NCBI GenBank assembly: GCA_964368235.1
Contig: CAYIZY010000002.1
Span: 1-32,216, forward strand
DNA: 32,216 bases
Direction of reading: 5' to 3'
From: an uncultured Candidatus Saccharibacteria bacterium
GTDB lineage: Bacteria > Patescibacteriota > Minisyncoccia > UBA6257 > UBA11618
Shown here: piece after piece, positions 7,728-15,984 of the stretch
Position numbering within the stretch: position 1 is the stretch's first letter
Layout of the letters: each line of letters starts with the position of its first letter
Translations under genes and position numbers: made by a program
The notes under the pieces: model-generated
Told to the model about the DNA's origin: nothing
Seen by the model: only the letters and a program-made list of their open reading frames with translations
Databases searched by the model: none

Positions 7728-8816
7728 CTAATATTTGATGATTCCGCCGCCAAGCATTTCGCCAGTTTTTGAATAAAAGACAGCCGATTGACCGGGGGCA
7801 ACAAATTTTTGAGCCTTATCGAAGATAAGGCGAAACCCTGAGTTCGTCGAAGGGTTGCGGATTAAAATAGCTCTTGCAAGAGGTTGGCGGTAACGCACTC
7901 TAGCAAAAATAGATATTGGATATTGGATATTGGATATTGGATTTATTATATTTATATTTACTAAACTAACTTCTTTTCGATATAGAGCTTTGTTATTTTT
8001 GCCTTCAGCAACAATGATTGAATTTGTTTTTATATTTTTTTCGGCAATATATCTTGGCTTGGCTGAACCACCAATTCCTAATCCGTGACGCTGTCCGATT
8101 GTATAAAAATGGGCGCCATTGTGTTCACCAATTTTTTCTCCGACCATATTTAAAACGACCCCCTTTTTTTTCGGAAGGTAACCTTCCAAAAATTCTGGCA
8201 GAGAAACTTGGCCTAAAAAACAAATCCCTTGCGAATCTTTTTTCTCCGCCGTAATCAAGCCAAATTTTTTTGCCATTTGGCGAACTTGAGGTTTTGTATA
8301 TTCGCCGATTGGGAATAGGCAGTACCTTAATTGTTTTTGAGTCAGTGTCCAGAGAAAATAGGATTGGTCTTTATTTTTGTCTTTTGCAGAAATTAACGAA
8401 TAACGAATCTTTTTCGTATTAAATTCGTTATTCGTTAATAAACGCACATAATGCCCGGTCGCTACATAATCCGCGCCTAATTCCAAAGCCCTCTTTAAAA
8501 AAATCCCGAATTTAATTTCCTTATTGCACATCACGTCCGGATTGGGCGTCAGGCCATTTTTATAACCATCAATCATATACTGGACTACCTTCTCTTTATA
8601 TTCTTTTTCTAAATCAAAAACATAAAAAGGAATTTTTAACTGCTCGGCCACGCGGCGCGCATCATCAGCATCTTGCTCACCACACCCATTTACGTTGTAA
8701 GATTTAATAAAAATACCCACAACATCAAAACCACGCTTTTTTAAAAGCGCCGCTGTTACTGAAGAATCCACTCCTCCACTCATTCCTACAAAAACTTTAC
8801 TTGCTTTCTTTGTCAT
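7728..8816 (-). CDS. mnmA: tRNA-specific 2-thiouridylase MnmA
   Basis: 362 aa. It has the PP-loop VGMSGGVDSSV, ATGHYVR, NKDQSYFLW, the GICFLG cysteine and the C-terminal APGQSAVFY...GGGII. Confidence 0.95.
   Translation of the reverse strand: MTKKASKVFVGMSGGVDSSVTAALLKKRGFDVVGIFIKSYNVNGCGEQDADDARRVAEQLKIPFYVFDLEKEYKEKVVQYMIDGYKNGLTPNPDVMCNKEIKFGIFLKRALELGADYVATGHYVRLLTNNEFNTKKIRYSLISAKDKNKDQSYFLWTLTQKQLRYCLFPIGEYTKPQVRQMAKKFGLITAEKKDSQGICFLGQVSLPEFLEGYLPKKKGVVLNMVGEKIGEHNGAHFYTIGQRHGLGIGGSAKPRYIAEKNIKTNSIIVAEGKNNKALYRKEVSLVNINIINPISNIQYPISIFARVRYRQPLARAILIRNPSTNSGFRLIFDKAQKFVAPGQSAVFYSKTGEMLGGGIIKY
7912..7943. repeat. tandem heptamer (GATATTG x4 plus a partial unit) inside mnmA
   Basis: GATATTG GATATTG GATATTG GATATTG GATT was read directly at 7912-7943. 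It translates on the minus strand as NPISNIQYPIS. Confidence 0.9.
8392..8439. repeat. 17-bp perfect inverted repeat in frame inside mnmA
   Basis: ATTAACGAATAACGAAT (8392-8408) and ATTCGTTATTCGTTAAT (8423-8439) are exact reverse complements separated by 14 nt. They encode LLTNNEFNTKKIRYSLIS between GHYVR and NKDQSYFL. Confidence 0.9.
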
Positions 8817-8850
8817 TTTTCGTTAATATAATAACACACAATTATATATT

Positions 8851-9426
8851 ATGTCACTTAATTATAATGATTTACGTATCGGCACAACTTTCATTTTTGA
8901 AGGCGCTCCTTATGAAGTGCAGGAATTTGCTTTTTTAAGAATGCAGCAAAGAAAGGCCGTTTCCCAGGTGAAAATGAAAAATTTGATAAACGGGAAAATT
9001 ATTACACGAAATTTCCACCAAAATGAAACCTTTGAAGAGGTGGAAATTATCCGAGAGACTGTAAAATTTTTATATGCCAACCATAGCCAATTTTGGTTTT
9101 GCGCTAAAGACAATCCCAGCCAGAGATTTTTCCTAACGGAAGAAGTGGTTGGCCAACAGGGTTTATTTTTGAAACCGAACACCAATGTTGACGCTCAAAA
9201 ATTTCAAGATAAGATCATTAATATTCTCGCGCCAGTAAAAATGGAACTGAAAGTAAAAGAAGCGCCACCCAGCGACAAAGGCAATACTGCCCAGGGCGGC
9301 TCCAAACAAGCCGAACTGGAAACCGGAGCCAAAGTTTCTGTGCCACTCTTCATCAACACCGGAGACGTCATCCGGGTTAATACCCAAACTGGGGAATACG
9401 TGGAGAGAGTGGAGAAATCAAACTAG
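8851..9426 (+). CDS. efp: elongation factor P
   Basis: 191 aa. It has the EF-P length and three-domain pattern: N-terminal LRIGTTFIFEGAPYEVQEF and C-terminal GAKVSVPLFINTGDVIRVNTQTGEYVERV. The usual PGKG loop is replaced (see findings). Confidence 0.9.
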   Translation: MSLNYNDLRIGTTFIFEGAPYEVQEFAFLRMQQRKAVSQVKMKNLINGKIITRNFHQNETFEEVEIIRETVKFLYANHSQFWFCAKDNPSQRFFLTEEVVGQQGLFLKPNTNVDAQKFQDKIINILAPVKMELKVKEAPPSDKGNTAQGGSKQAELETGAKVSVPLFINTGDVIRVNTQTGEYVERVEKSN

Positions 9427-9446
9427 AACTTTTACAAGGAGATAAA

Positions 9447-9779
9447 ATGATTCCTACATGGATCTTCCCAGTTTTAGGAATTATTATTGTTGTTTTAGGT
9501 GTATTATATTTTGTCATTATGTTTTGTAATACGCGGAGAGAGAAAAAAGCTAGAAAAGAGGGAAAAGAAAGCGAAAGAATTCAGTTTGATTCGGAAGAGG
9601 CTAATAAAATGGCCGATTTGATGATAGAAGAAGAGCCCGAAATCTATAACTCGGCTCAATCAGAAGCCAAGAGATTGGGAATATCAGTAGAAGATATATT
9701 AGACAATACTGAACATAGAGACTATAAAAGAATGCCGATAGTAGATTGGGAATTAGCTATTATTAAAAGCAGGAAATAA
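9447..9779 (+). CDS. small membrane-anchored hypothetical protein
   Basis: SD AAGGAG lies upstream. There is one N-terminal TM (WIFPVLGIIIVVLGVLYFVIMF) followed by a charged tail, and the gene is followed by a terminator. Confidence 0.6.
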   Translation: MIPTWIFPVLGIIIVVLGVLYFVIMFCNTRREKKARKEGKESERIQFDSEEANKMADLMIEEEPEIYNSAQSEAKRLGISVEDILDNTEHRDYKRMPIVDWELAIIKSRK

Positions 9780-9807
9780 GCAAAATGAGTCGCGGCGCTC
9801 ATTTTTA

Positions 9808-9850
9808 CCCCCTCACCTAATAACGATATTAGGTGCGGGGGTTTATTTTC
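9808..9850 (+). terminator. rho-independent terminator after efp and the small ORF
   Basis: CCCCCTCACCTAATA (9808-9822) pairs with TATTAGGTGCGGGGG (9827-9841) with one mismatch, then TTTATTTT follows. It sits between convergent genes. Confidence 0.7.
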
Positions 9851-11399
9851 CAAGAGATTTTTTAATCGCCTCCTTTAATTGATCAACATTTACTGGCTCT
9901 TTTGGTGGATGTGGCGGCTTGGGAACAGAAATGTTTGGGGGAAGATATGGTGAATGCGGACTAGAAGAATTAGATGAATATCTCGGGGAATCAGAATGAT
10001 GTCCAGAACCAGAATATCTGGAATTAGAATATCTCTGCTCACGCGGCCTTAAAGCTTCAGAAAGCGGTTTTTCGTCTCTTCGGACAATTCTATCATGAGC
10101 CGATTTCTGGCTGTCAACCAACCACTCGCTGGCAATTTTTTCCTCAACAACACTTTTAGAAATCGCGTATTTAAGACGAGTATTTTCAATAATATCTTTT
10201 TTAAATGATACGAGTGGCCTTACAAAAGGACTTAAGGTTTGCGCCGAAAAAGGCCGTGAAGCCAGACCGTCAATCATCAATTTGGCATATACATTATATT
10301 TAGCCAAATTAACTAAATCTTGCGGTTCGAATTCTGGCATAAATTCTTTCTCTAAAAATTCTGCGTCTTCAGCGCCAACCCGAAAAATAATCATCGTGCC
10401 AACATTGCCAAAAATTGCCGATCGAATAGTTGTTTTCCCCGTTTCATCTAATTGATCTAAATATTGATTGGCTAATGTTAAACACAGACGGTACTTTCTT
10501 GCTTCAGATAAAATATTAGCAAAAGAGTCGGTAGAGAAATTTTGAAATTCGTCTACGTACAAATAAAAATCGTTACGCTCTTTTTCTGGCACATCGACGC
10601 GGGACATCGCCGCCAGCTGCAATTTGGTAATGATCATCGCGCCCATCAAAGCCGAATTATCTTCACCAATTTTTCCCTTTGATAAATTGACAATCAAAAT
10701 CTTTTTTTCATCCATTACTTTTCTAATATCAATGGAGGATTGTGGCTGGCCTAAAATATTCCTAATTAATGGATTAGAAATAAGTTGACCAACTTTATTC
10801 TGAATGGCAGCCGTTGCTTCTGTTTCAAATTTTTGACTGTAACGGGCAAACTCATTAACCCAAAAACTTTTAATGACAGGGTCCTTTAAATTTTCGACAA
10901 CCCTTTTTCGATAATTCGGGTCGTTTAACATCCTCATAATTCCCAAAAGCGTTGTGCCCGGAAATTCCAACAACGCCAATAAGGTATTGTTTAAAATATA
11001 TTCCATACGAGCTGACCAGGCATCTACCCAAATTTTCTTAAAAACACCCATAATGCCAGAGGCGACCAAATGACGAAACTCGCTACTTACTTGCTCCAGC
11101 GGATTAAAAGCAATCGGAAATTTAGTATCAGACGGATCAAAATAAATAACATCATCAAGCCGCTCTTCAGGAATGAAATCTAATATTTTTTCTGCCGACT
11201 CACCATGAGGATCCAAAAAAGCCACGCCATTTCCAGCCCGAATATCATCAATAATCATGTTTTCTAATAGGGTGCTTTTTCCAACACCAGTTTTTCCAAG
11301 GACATAAATATGACGACGGCGATCATCCGTTTTAATACCAAACTTTCTCTTCTCATTACGAAAATTTGTTAAACCGAAGTATGTTATATGTTCATTCAT
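9843..11399 (-). CDS. P-loop ATPase of the TraD/TraG/VirD4 (type IV coupling protein-like, FtsK/HerA superfamily) type, without TM segments
   Basis: 518 aa. It has Walker A GKTGVGKST and Walker B-like FYLYVDEFQNF. No hydrophobic N-terminus is present. The C-terminal tail is low-complexity and Ser/Pro/Tyr-rich (RYSNSRYSGSGHHSDSPRYSSNSSSPHSPYLPP). Confidence 0.7.
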   Translation of the reverse strand: MNEHITYFGLTNFRNEKRKFGIKTDDRRRHIYVLGKTGVGKSTLLENMIIDDIRAGNGVAFLDPHGESAEKILDFIPEERLDDVIYFDPSDTKFPIAFNPLEQVSSEFRHLVASGIMGVFKKIWVDAWSARMEYILNNTLLALLEFPGTTLLGIMRMLNDPNYRKRVVENLKDPVIKSFWVNEFARYSQKFETEATAAIQNKVGQLISNPLIRNILGQPQSSIDIRKVMDEKKILIVNLSKGKIGEDNSALMGAMIITKLQLAAMSRVDVPEKERNDFYLYVDEFQNFSTDSFANILSEARKYRLCLTLANQYLDQLDETGKTTIRSAIFGNVGTMIIFRVGAEDAEFLEKEFMPEFEPQDLVNLAKYNVYAKLMIDGLASRPFSAQTLSPFVRPLVSFKKDIIENTRLKYAISKSVVEEKIASEWLVDSQKSAHDRIVRRDEKPLSEALRPREQRYSNSRYSGSGHHSDSPRYSSNSSSPHSPYLPPNISVPKPPHPPKEPVNVDQLKEAIKKSLGK

Positions 11400-11401
11400 T
11401 G

Positions 11402-11480
11402 TTTTGGATTTTGGATATTAGATTTTGGATTTTAGGTTTTTTAATCGTCCCAACATCCAACATCTAAAATCTAACATCTA
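11402..11480. repeat. imperfect palindrome built from TTGGAT/TTAGAT-type 7-8 nt units
   Basis: The left arm is TTTTGGATTTTGGATATTAGATTTTGGATTTTAGG. The reverse complement of the right arm is TAGATGTTAGATTTTAGATGTTGGATGTTGG. They share a 9-nt perfect core TTAGATTTT with transition mismatches around it. The element fills the gap between two minus-strand genes. Confidence 0.5.
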
Positions 11481-12707
11481 TTCTACAGGCAGTGTAGAAG
11501 GTGGCGTACCTTTTTTAGCTTCTACTCGCTGTAATCCAGGCGCTTCCACTATAGAGCTTGGATAATGATAAATAGTTGCCAGTTCTTCAATATTTAACAT
11601 CGAAAACTTATTTTTTGGAAAAACCCTATAACGGTAACGCTCAAAAAGACGTCTTTTCTTAGCCCAAATGCCTCGTTGCTTAAAAGGTTGACGACCGATT
11701 GTTAATGTTGGTTTATCAGGCTTGATTCCATTCATATTATGAGTATTGAATTGGCGGAAAAAACCTAGAAAACTGGTAATTATAGAGCCGCTAAAAACAT
11801 CTTTCCTGGCAATATACATCCATCGCATACCGGTCTCAAAAGCTAATTTTCCTACTTTTATTTCCATCGCCTTAACAACATCGGACTCGCCAGGCGTTAA
11901 TCTTATTACTTCCTTTTTTTCCTCTTTTTCTTCTTCCCAGACGGGCTGTTGGAATGGTGATAAAAATAAATTATTTAAAAATTCCCCACTCTTTTTTATG
12001 TAATTGGCTTTCTTTTCAGGTTTTGTCCTTTTAGCTTCTTTGGCTATCACTTTTTTAGCCTCTTTAGTCCACTCGGCATCAGTTGGCCTAATTAAAATTT
12101 GAAACCAAACCATCTCCCCTTCTTTTAATTTAGATAAAGCTTCCAACAAAACAGCCATTGTATCGGCTCGCTCTTCTTTCTCAAGTGGTTGGTTCCAATA
12201 AGACCAGACACGAATTGGAAAAGCGTCTTTATTGGCTAAAATCATTTCCGCCCCAAAAAGATTGTAAGTATTATTCGGCACAACACTGGGAAGAATATTT
12301 GTATAATCATCAACTAGATCAATTTCGGCATCGGAATACTGGGAATAAACTGCCGATTCGAAAAGATGACGATGGTTTTTCTGGGTTCTAATGTAGAAAG
12401 CGACGCTACCACCAGCGGCAGCAATCTCAAAAGATGTCCAGTCCTCAACCATTCCCTCCCAATAAATTTGGGATAGGCGAAGACCATGGGAAAAAGTGGA
12501 GTAGGCAGCGCTGAATATCTGTTCCATTGCCAGGGGCGTCCTAGGATTGTCTTTAGGAACACGTATCCGAAGGGTGATCCATTTCATATTCATAATATAG
12601 GAAATACGAATATAAAATAACCAAAATTTTAAAAATATGAAAAACAAAATAACCGGAATCACCAGCCACCAAATATTAGACCAAATATTGTAAATTACTG
12701 CAATCAC
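11478..12707 (-). CDS. membrane-anchored hypothetical protein, upstream partner of the TraD-like ATPase
   Basis: 409 aa with a GTG start. An N-terminal TM (IWWLVIPVILFFIFLKFWLFYI) is followed by a large soluble domain. It lies 78 nt upstream of the ATPase gene on the same strand. No family is recognised by eye. Confidence 0.65.
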   Translation of the reverse strand: MIAVIYNIWSNIWWLVIPVILFFIFLKFWLFYIRISYIMNMKWITLRIRVPKDNPRTPLAMEQIFSAAYSTFSHGLRLSQIYWEGMVEDWTSFEIAAAGGSVAFYIRTQKNHRHLFESAVYSQYSDAEIDLVDDYTNILPSVVPNNTYNLFGAEMILANKDAFPIRVWSYWNQPLEKEERADTMAVLLEALSKLKEGEMVWFQILIRPTDAEWTKEAKKVIAKEAKRTKPEKKANYIKKSGEFLNNLFLSPFQQPVWEEEKEEKKEVIRLTPGESDVVKAMEIKVGKLAFETGMRWMYIARKDVFSGSIITSFLGFFRQFNTHNMNGIKPDKPTLTIGRQPFKQRGIWAKKRRLFERYRYRVFPKNKFSMLNIEELATIYHYPSSIVEAPGLQRVEAKKGTPPSTLPVE

Positions 12708-12714
12708 TAACTAA

Positions 12715-13713
12715 TTATACTTCGCGGACAGTATAGCGTCCATCTCCTAGACGCATAAAGTGCTTCTTGCTTTGAAGATTCAAAATTAAAGTATTTTCTT
12801 TAAAATCCCTTTTTTCGTTAACAAGCTTAATCAAATCCTTTGTGGTTTGAGGGCCATGCTTTGATAAAATTTGAGTAATAACTTCTTTGCATGTTCCAGC
12901 CATCAAATTAAATTCTCTCAAGCCATAAACTCCTCTTCCAACTAAAACAAAACGATCGTCTTTAATTAATTCATTATGAACAGTTTGCACATTGGTATTT
13001 TTTTCCTTGCGCAAATTATTAACAACACGAGCTAATTCCGTAAAATGCATTGGTTTTTGCGCTTTTTTCAAAACCAAGAAAGCCCAATCTCGAGCTGTTT
13101 TTGGGTTAATATGGGCCCACTCTTTTAAACCGAAATCTCCATAACCATTGAAAGAGAATTTTTTAGATAAGGAAAGATAATTTTCTGCAAATAGAGCTTT
13201 CATTTCTTGTTTCCAATCTTGTTCGACCACAAGAACTTGTGTCAAATTATCAATAAAAGAATTGGCCTTTTGATAAACAGAATCATTAACATACCAAAAA
13301 GCGTGAAAATCATTATCGGCCAGACGATATTTTAACTGATCACTTATTTCCAATAAGAATTTGATTTGATTACCAGTTTGCTCTAAGTCAGAACTTAAAA
13401 AATCCTCCCTGCGAACACCACCTAATTTATTTAAATGATTAACAACAAATTCTATGAAAGATTTATAATCTTTTTGGTCTAGTTTACTTTTTACCGAAGC
13501 TAAAGCCAGGCTTTCAATTTGACGAATTCTCTCTCGAGTAACGCCATATTTATCGCCAATCTCTGCTAAAGTCATAGGGTTATTATTTTTTAAACCATAA
13601 CGACTTTCAACAACCTCTTTCTGTCGAGAAGGTAAATCAGCTAGTAAAATGCTCACTAATTTGTCTACAAGCATCTTTTTCATATTTATTATATATAGTG
13701 TAACATTTGACAA
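12715..13713 (-). CDS. sigma-70 region 4-like HTH protein with HARE-HTH-like C-terminal domains
   Basis: LPSRQKEVVESRYGL...MTLAEIGDKYGVTRERIRQIESLAL is a sigma region 4 motif. PMHFTELARVV...DDRFVLVGRGVYGLREF and ...MRLGDGRYTV look like HARE-HTH modules. The true start may be the ATG at 13683 (MKKMLVDKL). Confidence 0.65.
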   Translation of the reverse strand: MSNVTLYIINMKKMLVDKLVSILLADLPSRQKEVVESRYGLKNNNPMTLAEIGDKYGVTRERIRQIESLALASVKSKLDQKDYKSFIEFVVNHLNKLGGVRREDFLSSDLEQTGNQIKFLLEISDQLKYRLADNDFHAFWYVNDSVYQKANSFIDNLTQVLVVEQDWKQEMKALFAENYLSLSKKFSFNGYGDFGLKEWAHINPKTARDWAFLVLKKAQKPMHFTELARVVNNLRKEKNTNVQTVHNELIKDDRFVLVGRGVYGLREFNLMAGTCKEVITQILSKHGPQTTKDLIKLVNEKRDFKENTLILNLQSKKHFMRLGDGRYTVREV

Positions 13714-13743
13714 TAACTATGTCAAATAATTCATTTTTTCTTC

Positions 13744-13819
13744 ATCCCGTTAGAAACAGATCGCTTGGTTCTATAAAATTACATATCTCATAATACACGA
13801 TCGCGGTTTCTAACGGGAT
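13744..13819. repeat. 14-bp perfect inverted repeat with a 48-nt spacer, straddling the secF stop codon
   Basis: ATCCCGTTAGAAAC (13744-13757) and GTTTCTAACGGGAT (13806-13819) are exact reverse complements. The right arm encodes the secF C-terminal residues NPVRN. Confidence 0.85.
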
Positions 13820-14666
13820 TCACTAAAACCAATAATGGGCTGGCTACGAAAATAGAAGAATAGGTGCCGACCACCACCCCCACTAAAATTACTACGATGA
13901 AGCTTCTAAGCGAATCTGCGCCCAAAAAGTAAAGCGCTAAAAGTACCAAAATCAAAGTTAAAGAGGTATTAATGGAACGGGCAAAAGTTTGGACAACGCT
14001 TTTATTAACTAGATTGGAAAAATCAAAATTAGTGCCTTTTTCTAATCGAAGATTTTCCCTAATACGATCAAAAACAACAATAGTGTCGTGTACTGAAAAG
14101 CCCATAACGACTAAGATGGCGACTATAAAATTAACTCCGATTTCTGCTCCATACAACCAACCAAGAATCGCCATTAATCCGGCCGGGATAAGAGCGTCAT
14201 GAAAAAGTGTCAGCAAAGTTATAAAACCATATTTCCAGGAACTAACTGGATGAGAAACTTTTCGGAAAGCAAAAGCTATATATAATGAAATACCAAGAAG
14301 GACAAATAAGAAAGCCCAAATAGCCTTTTGTTTTAATTCTTGTCCAATAGATGATCCGATTGTTTCAAAACTCAACTCTACCGCCTCCGAATCTTTCTCT
14401 TTTATTTCTTTGAAATATTTTTGGTGATCGGCTTCAGATAATTCTGGCAACCGAACAATAAAACTATTATTGCTTCCATTAGTAATAATAGTATCTTTAG
14501 GTAAAATTGTTTGAAGATTTTCCTGTTTAACGCCGTTAATTTCCCATTGCGTACCACCCTTAAAATCAATACCCTCCTTCAAGCCAAAAGTGACTAGGGC
14601 CACAATAGCGGCAACAATCAGTAATAAAGATAAACCAAGAAAAATATATTTATTTTTTATAATCAT
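13788..14666 (-). CDS. secF: protein translocase subunit SecF
   Basis: 292 aa. It has an N-terminal TM, a periplasmic loop with GIDFKGGT, and the C-terminal six-TM SecD/SecF domain (GFSVHDTIVVFDRIRE). It overlaps secD by 4 nt. Confidence 0.93.
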   Translation of the reverse strand: MIIKNKYIFLGLSLLLIVAAIVALVTFGLKEGIDFKGGTQWEINGVKQENLQTILPKDTIITNGSNNSFIVRLPELSEADHQKYFKEIKEKDSEAVELSFETIGSSIGQELKQKAIWAFLFVLLGISLYIAFAFRKVSHPVSSWKYGFITLLTLFHDALIPAGLMAILGWLYGAEIGVNFIVAILVVMGFSVHDTIVVFDRIRENLRLEKGTNFDFSNLVNKSVVQTFARSINTSLTLILVLLALYFLGADSLRSFIVVILVGVVVGTYSSIFVASPLLVLVNPVRNRDRVL

Positions 14667-15895
14667 TGTTTTGCAAAAACTTTTAATACTGTTCGAGTAA
14701 CAATAATTGCGCTAAACATACTAATAATTACACCCAATAAAAGTGTCAACGCAAAACCACGAACAAAACTGGTCATAAAATAATATAAAATAACAGATGT
14801 TAAAATCGTGGAAATATTTGAATCACGAATTGATGGCCAGGCTCGGCGAAAACCCTCTTCAATAGCTGCGGTATTAGAAACACCTTTTTTAATTTCTTCT
14901 TTTCTTCTTTCAAAAATCAAGACATTGGCATCTACTGCCATGCCAATAGAAAGAATAAAACCAGCAATACCGGCCAGCGTCATTGTCACACCGAATAATT
15001 TATAAACCGCCAAGGTAAGAAATATATAAATTACCAAAGCAAAAGCGGCGGCCAAACCATACCAATGGTAATAAGCCAACATAAAAATAATGACCAATAT
15101 CGTACCAATTAATCCAGCCCAAATAGTTTTATTTAAGGAGTCGGCTCCAAGGCCGGCGCCAATCGTTTGTTGATTGACTAAAGTAATAGGGGCGGGCAAA
15201 GCTCCGGCATTAAATCTCTCCACCATTTGACGAGCCTCAACAACTGTAAAATTACCAGTGATACTTGCCTTTCCTCCAGAAATTCTCTCCTGAACAACCG
15301 GCATTTCAATTAATTGGTTATCTAAAAAGATTGCGACTGGTTTGCTGATATTTTTTGCCGTTAGCTCTTCAAAAATTTTTGCCCCCTCATCATTAAAAGA
15401 AATGGTAACGCTTGGACGGCCAGTGGTTGGATCAAAAACTAATTGCGCACCAGACACATAGCGACCATTGAGATTGGTAAAAATAAATTTAGGATTATTT
15501 GGATCGGTAGCATCAACTTCGGCAAAGTTTAGGAAAGGAGTTTCTCCAATTTCTTTTATGGCTTCTGAAACGTCTTTAATTCCAGCTAATTCTACCACTA
15601 AACGATAATTTTCACCGGCCTTAGAAGTAAAAACCTGGGGCTCACTGACACCAAAAAGATTAACTCTTTTTTCAATCACATCACGCAAACCATTAACGAC
15701 TGATTCACGATCGGTAGACTGAATGCCAGTCAAATCAACTTGATAGACCAGATGACTGCCACCAACTAAATCTAAGCCGAGACGCCAATTACGAAAATTA
15801 TAGTTTTTATCAAAAATTGGCGGATAAACAAAAACCGCTGCTAAAAGCGTCACTGCCACCACAAGAATTAAAACGTAAACATTTCTTTTACGCAT
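14663..15895 (-). CDS. secD: protein translocase subunit SecD
   Basis: 410 aa. Motifs LGLDLVGGSHLVYQVD and VSEPQV, plus the C-terminal TM bundle with GMAVDANVLIFERRKEE, are present. Confidence 0.93.
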   Translation of the reverse strand: MRKRNVYVLILVVAVTLLAAVFVYPPIFDKNYNFRNWRLGLDLVGGSHLVYQVDLTGIQSTDRESVVNGLRDVIEKRVNLFGVSEPQVFTSKAGENYRLVVELAGIKDVSEAIKEIGETPFLNFAEVDATDPNNPKFIFTNLNGRYVSGAQLVFDPTTGRPSVTISFNDEGAKIFEELTAKNISKPVAIFLDNQLIEMPVVQERISGGKASITGNFTVVEARQMVERFNAGALPAPITLVNQQTIGAGLGADSLNKTIWAGLIGTILVIIFMLAYYHWYGLAAAFALVIYIFLTLAVYKLFGVTMTLAGIAGFILSIGMAVDANVLIFERRKEEIKKGVSNTAAIEEGFRRAWPSIRDSNISTILTSVILYYFMTSFVRGFALTLLLGVIISMFSAIIVTRTVLKVFAKQ

Positions 15896-15984
15896 ATATA
15901 ATGAATGCTTAGAAGATAACAGAAAAGAATTTGGGCGTCAAATTATCGTAAAGAACTACAGGATTTTAGATTAAATCTTTTGCA

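Noticed and set aside
7912-11480. The short repeat arrays (7912-7943, 11402-11480) as a CRISPR array
   Set aside because: The units are 7-8 nt with no spacers, the total length is under 80 nt, one lies inside a CDS, and there are no cas genes.
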